Shown piece after piece: positions 52,426 to 64,000 of a stretch of DNA of 64,000 bases. The notes below the pieces were generated by a model, which was not told the origin of the DNA, made no database searches, and saw nothing but the letters and a program-made list of their open reading frames with translations. Where the stretch lies: positions 32,972,388 through 33,036,387 of the forward strand of contig NC_092670.1 of assembly GCF_964355755.1 (NCBI RefSeq), in the 5' to 3' direction. How positions within the stretch are numbered: position 1 is the first letter of the stretch; each line of letters begins with the position of its first letter. This DNA comes from Antedon mediterranea. Lineage: Eukaryota > Animalia > Echinodermata. The position numbers were made by a program, and so were the translations under genes.

Positions 52426-52524
52426 CATATAAAGTATAAAATATATACAAATACTGATTGTTTATGAGTGTAATGGTACAAATAATGGCATGAGGTGAAT
52501 GATGAAAGTTTATATATCAACGAG

Positions 52525-52665
52525 CCGAGTTGATATATTGAACAATATTGTAATGTGGTGGACATTAATGTTACTCAATCTACGTTTCGCGGAACATTTG
52601 AGACAGATAGGGTAGGTATCAAAAAGGTATAGATCTGTACAACAGTTTTTGCATTGTGGCTACCT
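52525..52665 (-). repeat. Diverged fragment related to Helitron family 2
   Basis: tctacgtttcgcggaacatttgagacagatagggtaggtatc...tttttgcattgtg matches 9381-9460. Confidence 0.6.
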
Positions 52666-53251
52666 ATTTCTAGAAGTAAGCATACTTTTATAGATGTAAT
52701 ACTTCCACTACTCTAAATATGATGATCAACAAACAACGTCTTAAAAATGTCCTATACGTCTTATGTTGCGTTCTCTTTAAAATATACGATTTTAATCCTG
52801 CGCACAGCTGTGTGTCTAAAAGTTATTTCAACAACAAAGCAGATGGTGTCCATTCCTATATTAGATGCCCATGTATACCTAATAACCATAAAACACTCTG
52901 TATTGTATTTGTCCCAAAAGCTTCAAACGCGAGAAAGCTTAATAACTAGTAGGTAGGCCTATATAAACAGACAGAAACATTGATTACATGTCGAAATCAA
53001 TCGTCAATGTAGTAGACCGAACTGCCAGGTAATTAAAACAACATTACATACTGCCTTCTATAATTATATTGACTGAAGCGGAGGCTGCTAGCGTCAGGTT
53101 TTAATCAATCATTACTCATAATTTGCATACATTTACATGTGTAACTAATCACTACAATCATCATGCAAATGTAAGATTTTGTTTTTTATCTTTCGTGGTT
53201 AACCACCACCTTTATTCTTTTCAATTCAAGTTTTTATACATTTTCTACCTT

Positions 53252-53345
53252 TTTAGTCGCGTGCGTGTCGGTCGGTTGGTCTATCGGTAAACACTAAATC
53301 AAATTTGAGCACGCGACTGTACATAACCATGCATATGGCCTTGTG
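53252..53345 (+). mobile_element. Minimal HINE copy
   Basis: TTTTT-AGTCGCGTG...CACGCGACT..CCAT-gcat-ATGG-ccttg. Confidence 0.7.
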
Positions 53346-53944
53346 TTTTCTTACGTAATACTGTTTTCTTTGTTTGTATCCTCTATAATACTATTTTAAC
53401 ACATAATCATTTCATACTTATATTAATATTAATAATACTGGGTTGGGCCCACGAAGGAGAAAAACTAATGTCTACCACCACATTCAACTAATGCTAATAA
53501 TATGTAAAGTTGTAAACGTGTTTTTTTAATTTATAACATAATTGTAACCTATAAGAGGTTTCATCATTTTCTTAATGTTTATATTTGTAGTGTTTAATTA
53601 TATTTTCTTCTGCCAAATATTTGACTCCGGTATACAAAAATGTATACCTTATATTTACATCATTTTTTAAAGAATACATAATAGTTTTTTATTATTCTTT
53701 CGCCTCTTGTAATTTACATTATCATGCAAATGTAAGATATTTATTTGTCGTGGTTAACATGTTTTGAATCATAGAGCAATGGGTTTAAGTCATGGGTCTG
53801 TCACGATATCAGAAGTTATCTTACGACTAGTTAAATTTGAGTATGTGAAATGTTGGATATGTGTACAACAACCCGATACTTCCGGGTAATAAATATAGTA
53901 CAAAAAATACTGCTATACTAAAGTAGAAATATTTTCAAACTCAC

Positions 53945-54011
53945 CACCATCACAAATGACGTAGTATGTACCAACCAAAATTGACAGTAAAATACGTTCT
54001 TTTGGTATCAT
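53945..54011 (-). CDS. Intact-looking signal-peptide exon with no gene body of its own (orphan, or alternative first exon of copy B)
   Basis: MIPKERILLSILVGTYYVICDG+G with a gtgagt donor; near-identical to 19-85, including about 110 bp of upstream sequence. Confidence 0.6.
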
Positions 54012-54126
54012 TTTGACACCAAACTACTAACATCACTGTAAATACAAACAAAAATATCACTGAACTTATTCCACTGATTGAAATGTTGATGTGCACAAAA
54101 CAACCAATACGAGCATAAACTAAAGA

Positions 54127-57100
54127 ACCTATTAGAAATGATAGAAACCGCCATGGCGGCGGATGTGCTTTTTACATATCTAATTCTATACACTTAGTTA
54201 ATTCCCATATTTGTAATGATCTCTTGTCAGATGTGATAAGGTGTGAAATACAAGTTTCAAACTGGACGATTTTGACTTATGTATGTTATAGGCCACCACA
54301 AAGTGATGTTCAATCTGATCAGGATCTACTTGACTATTTTCAAAACAGTACTAATAACTTTGTTTTGTCTCGACACAGCTTAACTTTAATGATGGGCGAT
54401 ATGAATGCTCAAAATAACAACTGGTACAATGATGGAAACACAAATAGATTTGGAAAATTATTTTACGAATTTTTACAACAAAACGGTTTAACTCAACACA
54501 TCAATATGCCAACACGTTGTATAAAAGACCAACGGTCTTGTATTGACCATATAGTTACTAGTCAAAATGTATATATTAATGATTTTGGTGCATTGTGCCC
54601 ACTTTTAAATTGTGATCACAGTCCAGTATATGCAAATATTGATATTCGTATCACACGGGACAAGCCATACAATCGTAAAATATATCTTTTTGAAAAAACT
54701 GATTTTAATTTATATCGTAATGCTCTTAATTCTGTAAATTGGGAAGAAGTTTATTCATCTTCAAAGGTTGAAGATGTTTGTCATAATTGGATTGACTTAT
54801 TTAATAATTGTGTTGATAACTATATTATATCTAAAATTATAACTGTGCGTCCTAATGAAAAGCCTTGGATTAATGCGCATATTAGAACTCTTATTCGCAA
54901 AAGAAATCGCGCCCATTCCACTCGAAATAACTCAAATTCGCATATGCAACGTTTTAAGAAAATTCGCGCAAAAGTTGTTAAAGCAATAAGAAAAGCTAAA
55001 CAAACTTTTTTGGATAAACAATTTGATTTATTAATGAATAAAAACTGTGATTCAAAAACTTGGTGGTCTACCATAAATTCAGTTTGTAATTCCAAACAAT
55101 ATTATAAGATTCCTCCAATCAAATTAAACGATGATGTCCTAACTTTAAATAGTGAGAAAGTTAAAGCGTTTAACAATTATTTTAAATCTCAATCGTTTAT
55201 TCCTAATCATGATGATTTTCCTTCGGACTTCACATATAGAACTGCATCGAGACTCTCAACTCTCAAATTATCTGTTGATGAGATCATGAAATTATTAACT
55301 ATGCTGGATAAAAACAAGGCGATGGGACCTGATGAAATTCACAGTATCATACTAATAGAATCTGCTGAAATTATTGCACCACATTTGACAAAGCTTTATA
55401 ACTTCTGCATAAGCCAAGGATATTTTCCTGTGGAATGGAAAAAATCAAATGTCATTCCTCTGCATAAAAAAGGCAATAAATCCCTTATTGAGAACTACCG
55501 CCCTATATCCATACTTTCTAACTTTGCAAAAATTTTTGAGCGTGCAGTTTTTGATATAGTATATAAATACTTTGTGGATGATAAACTTCTTACTCAATTC
55601 CAATCTGGTTTTACACCAGGTGACTCAACAACGTATCAACTTCTTTATCTTATAGATACATTTAATAGAGCTTTAGATTTAAGGAAAGAAGTAATCTCGG
55701 TATTTTTGGATATTTCCAAAGCCTTCGATAAAGTTTGGCATAATGGGATTATATACAAATTAAATCAATATGGAATTAATGGCACTCTTCTAAAATGGTT
55801 CCAAAGTTACTTAAACTCACGTGAGCAACGTGTTATTATTGAAGGAACTACCAGTCCTTGGGTGACCATTACAGCAGGAGTACCCCAAGGATCTGTTTTG
55901 GGTCCATTTTTATTTATTGTATTCATAAATGATATGGTTGATAATATCAAATCTAATATTAGTTTATATGCAGATGATACTTCGTTATATGATATTTGTA
56001 CAGATCGTAATATTTCAGAACAAAAATTAAATGGTGATCTTAATGTCATTTATAATTGGGCAAAAAAATGGAAAGTAACATTCAATGCTAACAAAACGAA
56101 AGCTATACTGTTTACACGTAAACATTTAGATAACTATGTTAATTTAAATTTCAATAATGTAAATCTACAATTTGTAAATGATCATAGGCATCTTGGTGTA
56201 ATGCTTAATGCAAAACTCAAGTGGGATTCCCATATCCAATCTGTAATTAACAAAGCGTCTTTATCTTTAAATATGCTACGTCGTGTCAAACATATTCTAC
56301 CTCGACAGGCTCTCTGTCACATTTACATATCACACGTTAGACCATTAATGGAATATGCAGCTCCTGTTTGGTGTAATATCCCAGTTAAATTAAGTGATGA
56401 ACTAGAAAATATCCAGATTTCTGCAGGTAGAATATGTACTGGTGCGTGGAAACATACAAGTCATAATGCATTAAGACAAGAATTAGGCTGGTTATCATTG
56501 GAAAAACGTAGACAATTTCTTAACCTAATACTGTTTTTTAAAATTATTCATAAGTTAACACCAGTGTATCTTTACTCCTTATTTAATTTTTCTGACAATA
56601 TTGAAGTTTATAACTTGCGTAACATCCGAAATATAATAATTCCATTTTGTAAGACCACATCATATCGTTTATCTTTTGTCCCATCTATTATAACACATTG
56701 GAATGAGTTAAATAATGAAATAAAAAATTCCTCATTTCTTGTTGAGTTTAAAAAATTGCTACTGAAATCCAATTTGTTTGAAACAAAAAAACGTTCTTAT
56801 TATGATACAGGTGATAAGAAGATTACCAAATTCACACTAGAATCCGACTTGGTTTCAGCTGTCTCAATTCGCATTTATTCTTACATGGACTTCGGGACAA
56901 TCCAAATTGTACTTGTGGCTTTAATGTTGAGAATCCGCTTAATTTCTTATGTTACTGCCCTAATTATAATACACAAAGAGATATTCTACTTGTAAGCGCT
57001 AACTCAATTATTGAGGATATCTTAGCCAAGGATTTTTCTTTAACATTTAATTTTACATTTTTAAGTGAAATTTTTATTTTTGGTTCCGATCTTCTTTCGA

Positions 57101-57297
57101 ATTGTGAAAATGCTTTATTATTTTATTATGTACAACAATTTCTTGTTAATTCTGGAAGATTAAATTGATGTTTCTGTTAGTTATTTTAAAATGTTGTATT
57201 TGTTAATCTGAGGCGCCTTGAAGCTAAGATGGTTCCATCTTGTAAGGCGCCTCTGTGTAATATACTGAATAAAAAAAAAAAAAAAAAAAAAAAAAAA
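54127..57297 (+). mobile_element. 5'-truncated CR1-group LINE (endonuclease + RT)
   Basis: The frame opens at RNDRNRHGGG and continues YRPP, MGDMN, IDHI, CDH (APE endonuclease), then DISKAFD, GVPQGSVLGP and YADD. There is a probable frameshift near 56820, a 3' stem-loop at 57211-57252 and poly(A) at about 57272-57297. Confidence 0.93.
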
Positions 57298-57429
57298 CGA
57301 CAATGTATTAGTCCTGCGGTACGTGCATTTGAAATCGCCATATTTTTTACCCTGAAATTACTGTGTATTCGAGAACCATCTGTGGGCACGACCTAGATGG
57401 TACGCGAGCGAAGCGAGCGTACCATCTAG
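57298..57429 (+). mobile_element. 3' terminal fragment of Helitron family 1
   Basis: ...gggcacgacCTAGATGGTACGCGAGCGAAGCGAGCGTACCATCTAG|T. Confidence 0.85.
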
Positions 57430-57665
57430 TAAATACAATTTTACATAAGTGCATTTATTTATACAAATATAATCTGATGTGTGAAATGCAGAGTATAAAT
57501 ACATTATAATTCTAGAGCCACGAAATATCGAAAACGAAACTGAAATATCTTTCAGTATTGCATCAATGAACTATAATAACATGCGTATGTGAATATTATC
57601 ATTTCAATCGACTTAAGCCTTGGTGACATAATGTTTGCATTAGCGTGAAGAAAATAACTTTAAAT

Positions 57666-59194
57666 TCAAGTCATTTGCGTTGTCACAGTCGACGTAGAAA
57701 TTCGGTTCTTCTTAAACCTCTTCTTAAAACATTCGTTTATCTACGAAACGATAAAATACCAGTATTATTATAATTGAATTAAATAGCAATCGTACAATCG
57801 TTTTCTTATACCAAATACATAATAAAAGTCTAAAAGATTTAATCTTCGTAAACTTGAATCGGAACATTATCATAGTGAGGTAATCTACTGTACGAATAAT
57901 TGTACGAGATGTGAGAAGGATGCCTGAGTAAAAACTGGTTTTGAGTTATCATGTCTTTTTTTTAGCAAAACTACCTACTCCCAAAATATGATCCTAAATA
58001 TACTACAATTTGTCATGCGCCACCTGGTTTAGAATATTTTGGTTTCTGTTGTAATCTTACTGTAGGCTTAAACAGCAAAAATGGTAATAATACCTCGTTA
58101 TCAAGTAGACAGTAGATGACGAATATAAATAAGCCTTGGCATCCGTTCAACACGTTGAATATGTAATCAACAAATGTTGTGTCAGAACTGACAGCGAATG
58201 GTCCAATGAGCCACGTGGTACCCATTAGAGGTAGAAGCATTGCAGTTCCTTTGGTTGCTTTCCTGTACATTTTAATAAGACTTGTAATTAATTGAAATTC
58301 TAACGTATATCTAACGAACAATATTCTATAAAGTTGATTAATGTAATGGACATTGTAATTTTAAAATTATTTCTAACCTCAACTGTTTAAATGTAGTTTT
58401 CTCTCCTGTTGATTTTCCTACCATGTTTCCAGATCTTTTGTAGATTGTCAAGACAACGTAGATCAAAATAGCTGTATTAATCTAAAAAAATGTACAGTTG
58501 ATTTTTAATTTGAGGTTGGGATTTCATAATAACAGCAACATTAGTGTATAGGCCTATTTGTTTTTGGTATTGACCACGAAATAATTACGCAGTAATGGTG
58601 CGGTCTTTGGTTTATTTCGCATGACCAAAGAAAACAGGTTAAAATCTTATTCGAAAGACGGTATCATCTCAACAAATTATATTTTGTCTCCAGTGATCTT
58701 TCTCCCTCGCCATTTATGTATACATACTTAACTGTCATGTTAATTGGTCTTACCAAAGCAATACATGCTGCGGGTGCTACAAACGTCCATATCATGCCTG
58801 TTTCTGGACTGAGCCAACATCTAGAATAACAATTTCAAAAAGCACAATTGAAATAACATTAAATAGAAGAACTTCAGTGATGCATTGGCTACTACCTATT
58901 ATTATCTTATTACTGAACCGTAATGTGAACATAAACCATTATAAAAAAAAAAAGAAAAACAAAGAAAACTTACAGGCTATCGACATTAAACTTAGAAGCA
59001 AATGCACCAACAGAAATCGCAACGATCACAAAGGAAACTCCATAACAGATTATGAAATAATACCGTAGTAGGTAAAAGTTGGCGTTACTTGACATAGAAA
59101 GCTTAGACTGTAAGTATACTGCTTCTGCGCACATCCAAGTAAATGTATTAAGTGATGTGAAATGTAGGAAAATGCTTATGCATTTACAAACAAT
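57666..59194 (-). CDS. Adhesion GPCR-like copy C, last five exons (TM3 to C-terminus); the 5' part is presumably beyond the window
   Basis: Exons 58974-59194, ~58754-58820, ~58378-58481, ~58094-58262 and 57666-57740 are open and nearly identical to copy A, introns included. Confidence 0.85.
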
Positions 59195-59771
59195 CTAAAA
59201 AACGTTATTATAATGAAACACGTTGGCTTAGTTTAATAAATGTAAAGTGTTATTTAAACAAGAAATATTTCTTACAAGAAACGCCGCTCGACTCATTGAC
59301 AATTTGAATTATTATTTTTTCTTAATTAAATTATGCTTTTATTGATATTTCAATTAATAAATTAAAAAACAGTGATTATTATCAATACTTGTTTGCTTAA
59401 CAATCTGTAAACATCTGAAATGCTCTATTTGGTTACGTTGTTTGTTCATGTAAAGCCTGGTTTCCAGTCGACGTAAGACTTGCTTCCGCTTACGATTGCG
59501 TCGTTTTCTTACGATTACGCTTGCGTTCCGATCAGTAGACCAAAAACTAACGTCGACACAAAATTGTCATAATCGCGTTGGACCGCAAACATTTAGATTA
59601 TTACATGTGCTGATTCCGTCGTTACGAAAGTTGAATTTATCGCAAGTCTGTCCTTCTTGCGCTTACGTCGAGTTGAATTTTTTCCTTGCGACAACACTGG
59701 CTCATACATTCCTCGCGAAAAGAGAGGAGGCCATTTTCCAAAACATAAACAGTGAGCAGTGAGATTTCAAT

Positions 59772-62770
59772 ATGGTTATTCGTAGGAGAGGACGTGAGTT
59801 GGCCAAAAAGATACTTTATTTAAGAATATTAACGAGAAGGATTAAGAGGAGAAAGGAGTTGAACAAAGCACCAAGAATCCACAAGTTCTGGGAGAGGAAA
59901 GTGCTAAAAGAAAGAATAGAGTTCGGGCAGTACCATACATTATTTAAGACACTGATAAAAAACGACAGAGAATGGTTTTTTAGGTAGGCCTATACTATCT
60001 TTTTAGGCCTAGGCCTAGTCTAGATGTTTAATTGTAATTTGCATTTATAATTATAATGTTTACCTAGGTCTAGGCCTAGGATATATGGATTTTTTAAGGC
60101 CATGGATTGGTCTAGGCTAGGCCTAGTTATTATATTTAGCTAGGCCTAGTTAGTAGAGTACATCATACATGGACCTGGCTAAAGATGAAGGTCACAGTTC
60201 ATTTCAGCCGCCGAGCTGGCGTCTATATAAAGACGATGGTGAGTAAAATAGGCCTAGCTAGGTTAGGATAGGCCTATATAGGCTTACAGTATTCAGGCCT
60301 ATATGCTATGATCAAGACACTCCTAGACAGATCTTTATTCTAGGCTAGTAAAGTAGGTAGGTTACTACAACTAGAATCCAGTCCACACATGGTCTACACT
60401 ACTACTACTGTACACCCATCTACAGTGGTAGCCTAGAGAAGTACTAAACGGATAGGAAGTATGTATTACTCCTACTGTTGTTTTTTTGTTGAAAAATTAA
60501 AATCTAAATTGATTAAATAGTGCATACAGTACACAATGAACAATTGTAGTCTAAATAAAATATCCCAAACAAAGTGCATTTATTGCCATAGAAGATTGAA
60601 TACATAATCACAAATCATGAATTAACTTTGACATTTGGCAAATCAATTCTGTTATTACTTCTTAAAATAGTCACGGAACAATTGCATAATTTGTAGTTCC
60701 ATATCTTCCTTGTCTTCCTCGTTTACTCTTCGCATTTTCTTTGCTACCATCGTGCCGAATGTATCGGCTTCGTCTTCTTCTCCGCTTCCCTTAATCAGAT
60801 CTATAAGGTCACTGTCTGTTACCCCACTCTCAACCTGAACAATTGAAATTAATGAAAGATTTTGACATTTCTATCTAAAAACAAATTTCAAATTTTCCAC
60901 ACTCTTCTAGCACTGTTTATTCAACAACAAAAAATAGGTATGCTTTTGCAAATTCATGATTATTTTAATATGCTATGTGAGAATACCTACATGCTTTTCT
61001 GTTTTGGAACATTTTCCTTTTGGCGTCTTTGACCAAGCTTTTTTAACCACTGCTGAAAATTAAAACAAAAAAGCTTCGGTAATTTTGCAGCTTGGCATGA
61101 CATTATGTCTGGAAACGCCATAGTACTGCTTATCATTATCAACACACAACTTTTTAGTACAATAGTAAATTACCAATATTGATATATAGTAATGATTTAA
61201 ATACTTACGGTTCGGTCTTTCGACTGTCCTCTTGACTACTAAAAAGAAAAACAAATTAAAGTGTAGTTTCAGATATACATGAATTTCTTGAATAGGTGAT
61301 GGCCTAGGAATAGTGGTGCACCTGCCCACCCATTCTAGCATAATAACACTTTGTATTATATTGTTAACTATCATGATTGAATATTTACCTCTTGTAACAT
61401 CAGCTTTTATTTGGGCAGCATCTGCTGAACCTTCTTCTTCCAGACTTCCTTCATATCCTGCAAAAGCCCCTTCCAAGTCGTCCGAGACATTATCCAATAA
61501 GTCGGCTTCTTCTGTTTCATTTTGCAACTCAGTACCTTCTCCTAAAATTACAATAAATAATGTTTCTTTTTTATTTTTAAGCCTTAAAAGTATGTAGTGT
61601 TGGTACAAACTATTTTGTAGTAATGTGAATGTAAAATGTCATTTTTTGTTATTTATAATTTTGTTTATTGTCTTCAGGTATTTAAGGATGACGCCGGAAA
61701 GATTTAGTCATCTTCTGTCTGCGGTTGAGCCCTATCTAAAGATAAGACAAGACAGAGGTCGTACTGCAATTTCAGCAGAAGAAAGGCTTGTGATAACTTT
61801 GCGTTATCTGGCAACGGGTGACTCGATGGCATCACAAACATTTAACTTTCGGGTTGGTCGTGCAACAGTTTCTAACATAATCCGGGAAGTTTGTGATTCA
61901 ATTTGGACAGCTTTAAATAAGAAATACCTAAGGCTACCATCAAGTGAGAGTGAATGGATGGCAATTGCAGAAAAATTTGAAAGTGATTGGAATGTCCCTC
62001 ATGCGATTGGTGCAGTAGACGGTAAGCACATTGCTATCGAGTGTCCCAAATTTGGCGGCTCGATGTACTATAACTATAAAGGCTTTCATAGTACAGTATT
62101 AATGGCAATTTGTGATGCCAGTTACTCATTTGTATGGACAAGCATTGGCTCATATGGGCGGGATAATGATGCCGCTATTTTTGGTGCGTCATCATTTTTC
62201 AAAAGAGCTGATTTTGGAACGCTAAAGCTGCCACCACCATCGGTTGTGGGTGGTCAACAATTGCCTTATGTTTTATTAGGGGATGATATATTTCCTCTTA
62301 AAACTTGGTTAATAAAACCATATGGTGGCAACAATTTGACTGATGAAGAGGAAGTGGCAAATTATAGGACATCGAGAGGACGCCGAACCATCGAAAACAC
62401 CTTTGGTGTAATGGCTGCAAGGTGGCGCATATTTAGGCGTCCTATAAGAGCAAATATTGAAACTGTTGACCAGATTACAAAAGCTGTAATCTGCCTACAC
62501 AATTACCTAATGCAAACTGATAACGCACACTACATACCCAGCGGGTTTGTTGACAGCTGGAGCAATGGAGAATTTAAAGAAGGGGAATGGCGCAGTGTTG
62601 TGCAAGATGATGAAACTGGCCTTCAAAATATAAGAAGGGTGGGGTCAAACAATTATACGGCTACTGCCAAAGAAACAAGAGATAGGTTTCGAGACTACTT
62701 TAACAGCCAGGAAGGTGCTGTTCCTTGGCAGTATGATGTGGTACACAATTGCGGTCCTTTGGCATCTTAA
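59772..62770 (+). CDS. Harbinger (HARBI1-like) DDE transposase, 2 exons, about 434 aa
   Basis: Exons 59772-59983 and 61678-62770 join in frame (WFFR|YLRMTPERF). Motifs: LRYLATG, GAVDGKH, YYNYKG, LLGDDIFP, RRTIENTFG and LHNY. Confidence 0.9.
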
Positions 62771-63864
62771 AAGTGTTGTTAGTAAATTGTTTAAAATAAG
62801 TATTTGTTAAAAATAATCTTCCTGTTTTGTAAATAATCTATATGACCTTTTTTTTAATCTATATTCAAATATGGTCGTCTGTGTAATTTTGAATATTGAC
62901 GAATCTTGTTTATTGAAGAAAAAAATAACAATGTTGTAGTTTATGCTTGCTATAACTTGCATTCATAATTATTTTTTGTTTTTTTGTCCTAGTACTATGG
63001 TTTACATTTCCAAACATTCCAAATAAAATAGTTATTTCTTTCCTATCTTTGCTAAATAGATTTTACATGAGCAAAAATTATTTAAATATATTGCTGATGT
63101 TGCAGAACGTTAATAAATATTTATATTTGATTGCTACTTGAAGATGTTATTAAATGTTGTTAATGAGATATTGAGATGTAAAATTACTTTTATTAGTTTA
63201 TCCTCCTTTCAAATAGTGTGATAAAAAATTTAGTGTGTGCTGGTTGATAAATACAATTATTTACCTGAGTCGTCAAAGTCCAGCTCCAACACTTGTTGAG
63301 TTTCGGAAAGAAGCCGTATGCATTCAGATGAAGCTTCTGACTCGGTTAATGAAATTGACATTTCTTCAGACTCTAGTGTCTTCCTATGATTTATATGTTT
63401 AATCAACCATCTCATGTGTTCCCACTCATGGCCAATTGGGAGGATGTCATCCCTGCCTGCACCACTACGGATACTAGCCCTAACCTTCTTTAGATGTCTA
63501 CAAAAGTAATAATAATTATAATTATTATTACAATAATAATAATAACGATTATTATTATAATAACTATAATTATGATTATAATAATAATAATAATAATAAG
63601 GGCCTAGCTTAGTACTAGTAGTAGGCCTACTAGGCTAGGTAGGCCTAGCTAGCTAGGCCTTACACTCTACCTGGAAAATGCTGTTCTTCGAGTGTTATAA
63701 ATTCGTTGGCACTCTTCTACTGCGACGTTAACCTCTTTAGAAACAGCTTCCCAGGCATTTTTTTTTTCCCGTTTTCCACTTTTGTATTCTTTGGTATTTT
63801 TGTCATATAGACAAAGATAAGCTTGAATAGCGTCAAACACACGGACTTCTGTAGATGAAGGCAT
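60655..63864 (-). CDS. Harbinger accessory MADF/Myb-SANT DNA-binding protein with a BESS-like C-terminus, 6 exons, about 283 aa
   Basis: Phase-compatible exons 63671-63864 (LYDKNTKEYK..KKNAWEAVS), 63265-63497 (SGAG..WEHMRWL), 61389-61541, 61209-61238, 60991-61052 and 60655-60834 (DEADTFGTMVAKKMRRV..MELQIMQLF). Confidence 0.8.
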
Positions 63865-64000
63865 CTTGTGAAATGAAGTCCTCAAAAAAGGACGCAGAAA
63901 CGCGCGCGTACGCGTACCACCCTGCTTTTTGCCTGCTTTTTTGGTTTTTTTTTTTTTATTCCTGATGTGATGATGATGATCTTTTTTTGAACGTTGAATT

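Larger units (their letters stand above)
59454..64000. mobile_element. PIF/Harbinger DNA transposon (right end outside the window)
   Basis: Homology to the copy A intron stops at catgTAA (3-bp TAA target), followed by AGCCTGGTTTCCAGTC. The element encodes a DDE transposase and a MADF protein. Confidence 0.88.

Overview
AT-rich, intron-containing animal genomic DNA, probably from a marine invertebrate (inference from the gene and repeat content; not proven). The backbone is a minus-strand tandem array of adhesion-GPCR-like genes with the layout signal peptide - C-type lectin - HYR (1-2) - uncharacterised stalk module - GAIN/GPS - 7TM. I reconstructed them exon by exon. Copy A (1511-22744) carries a frameshift, a premature stop and an internal 3-exon duplication. 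Copy B (35473-44250) has 18 exons, about 732 aa, and looks intact. Copy C is present only as its 3' half (57666-59194). There is also the first exon of a further copy at the left edge, an apparently orphan intact first exon (53945-54011) and a decayed first exon (about 29470). The array is densely invaded by transposons: two Gmr1-type Ty3/Gypsy LTR elements, three LINE fragments, two non-autonomous Helitron families with head-to-tail fusions, a Helentron/DINE-1-like family, a CACTA relic with nested MULE- and P-like MITEs, and an apparently intact PIF/Harbinger element whose two genes are interleaved on opposite strands. No rRNA, tRNA or CRISPR array was seen.
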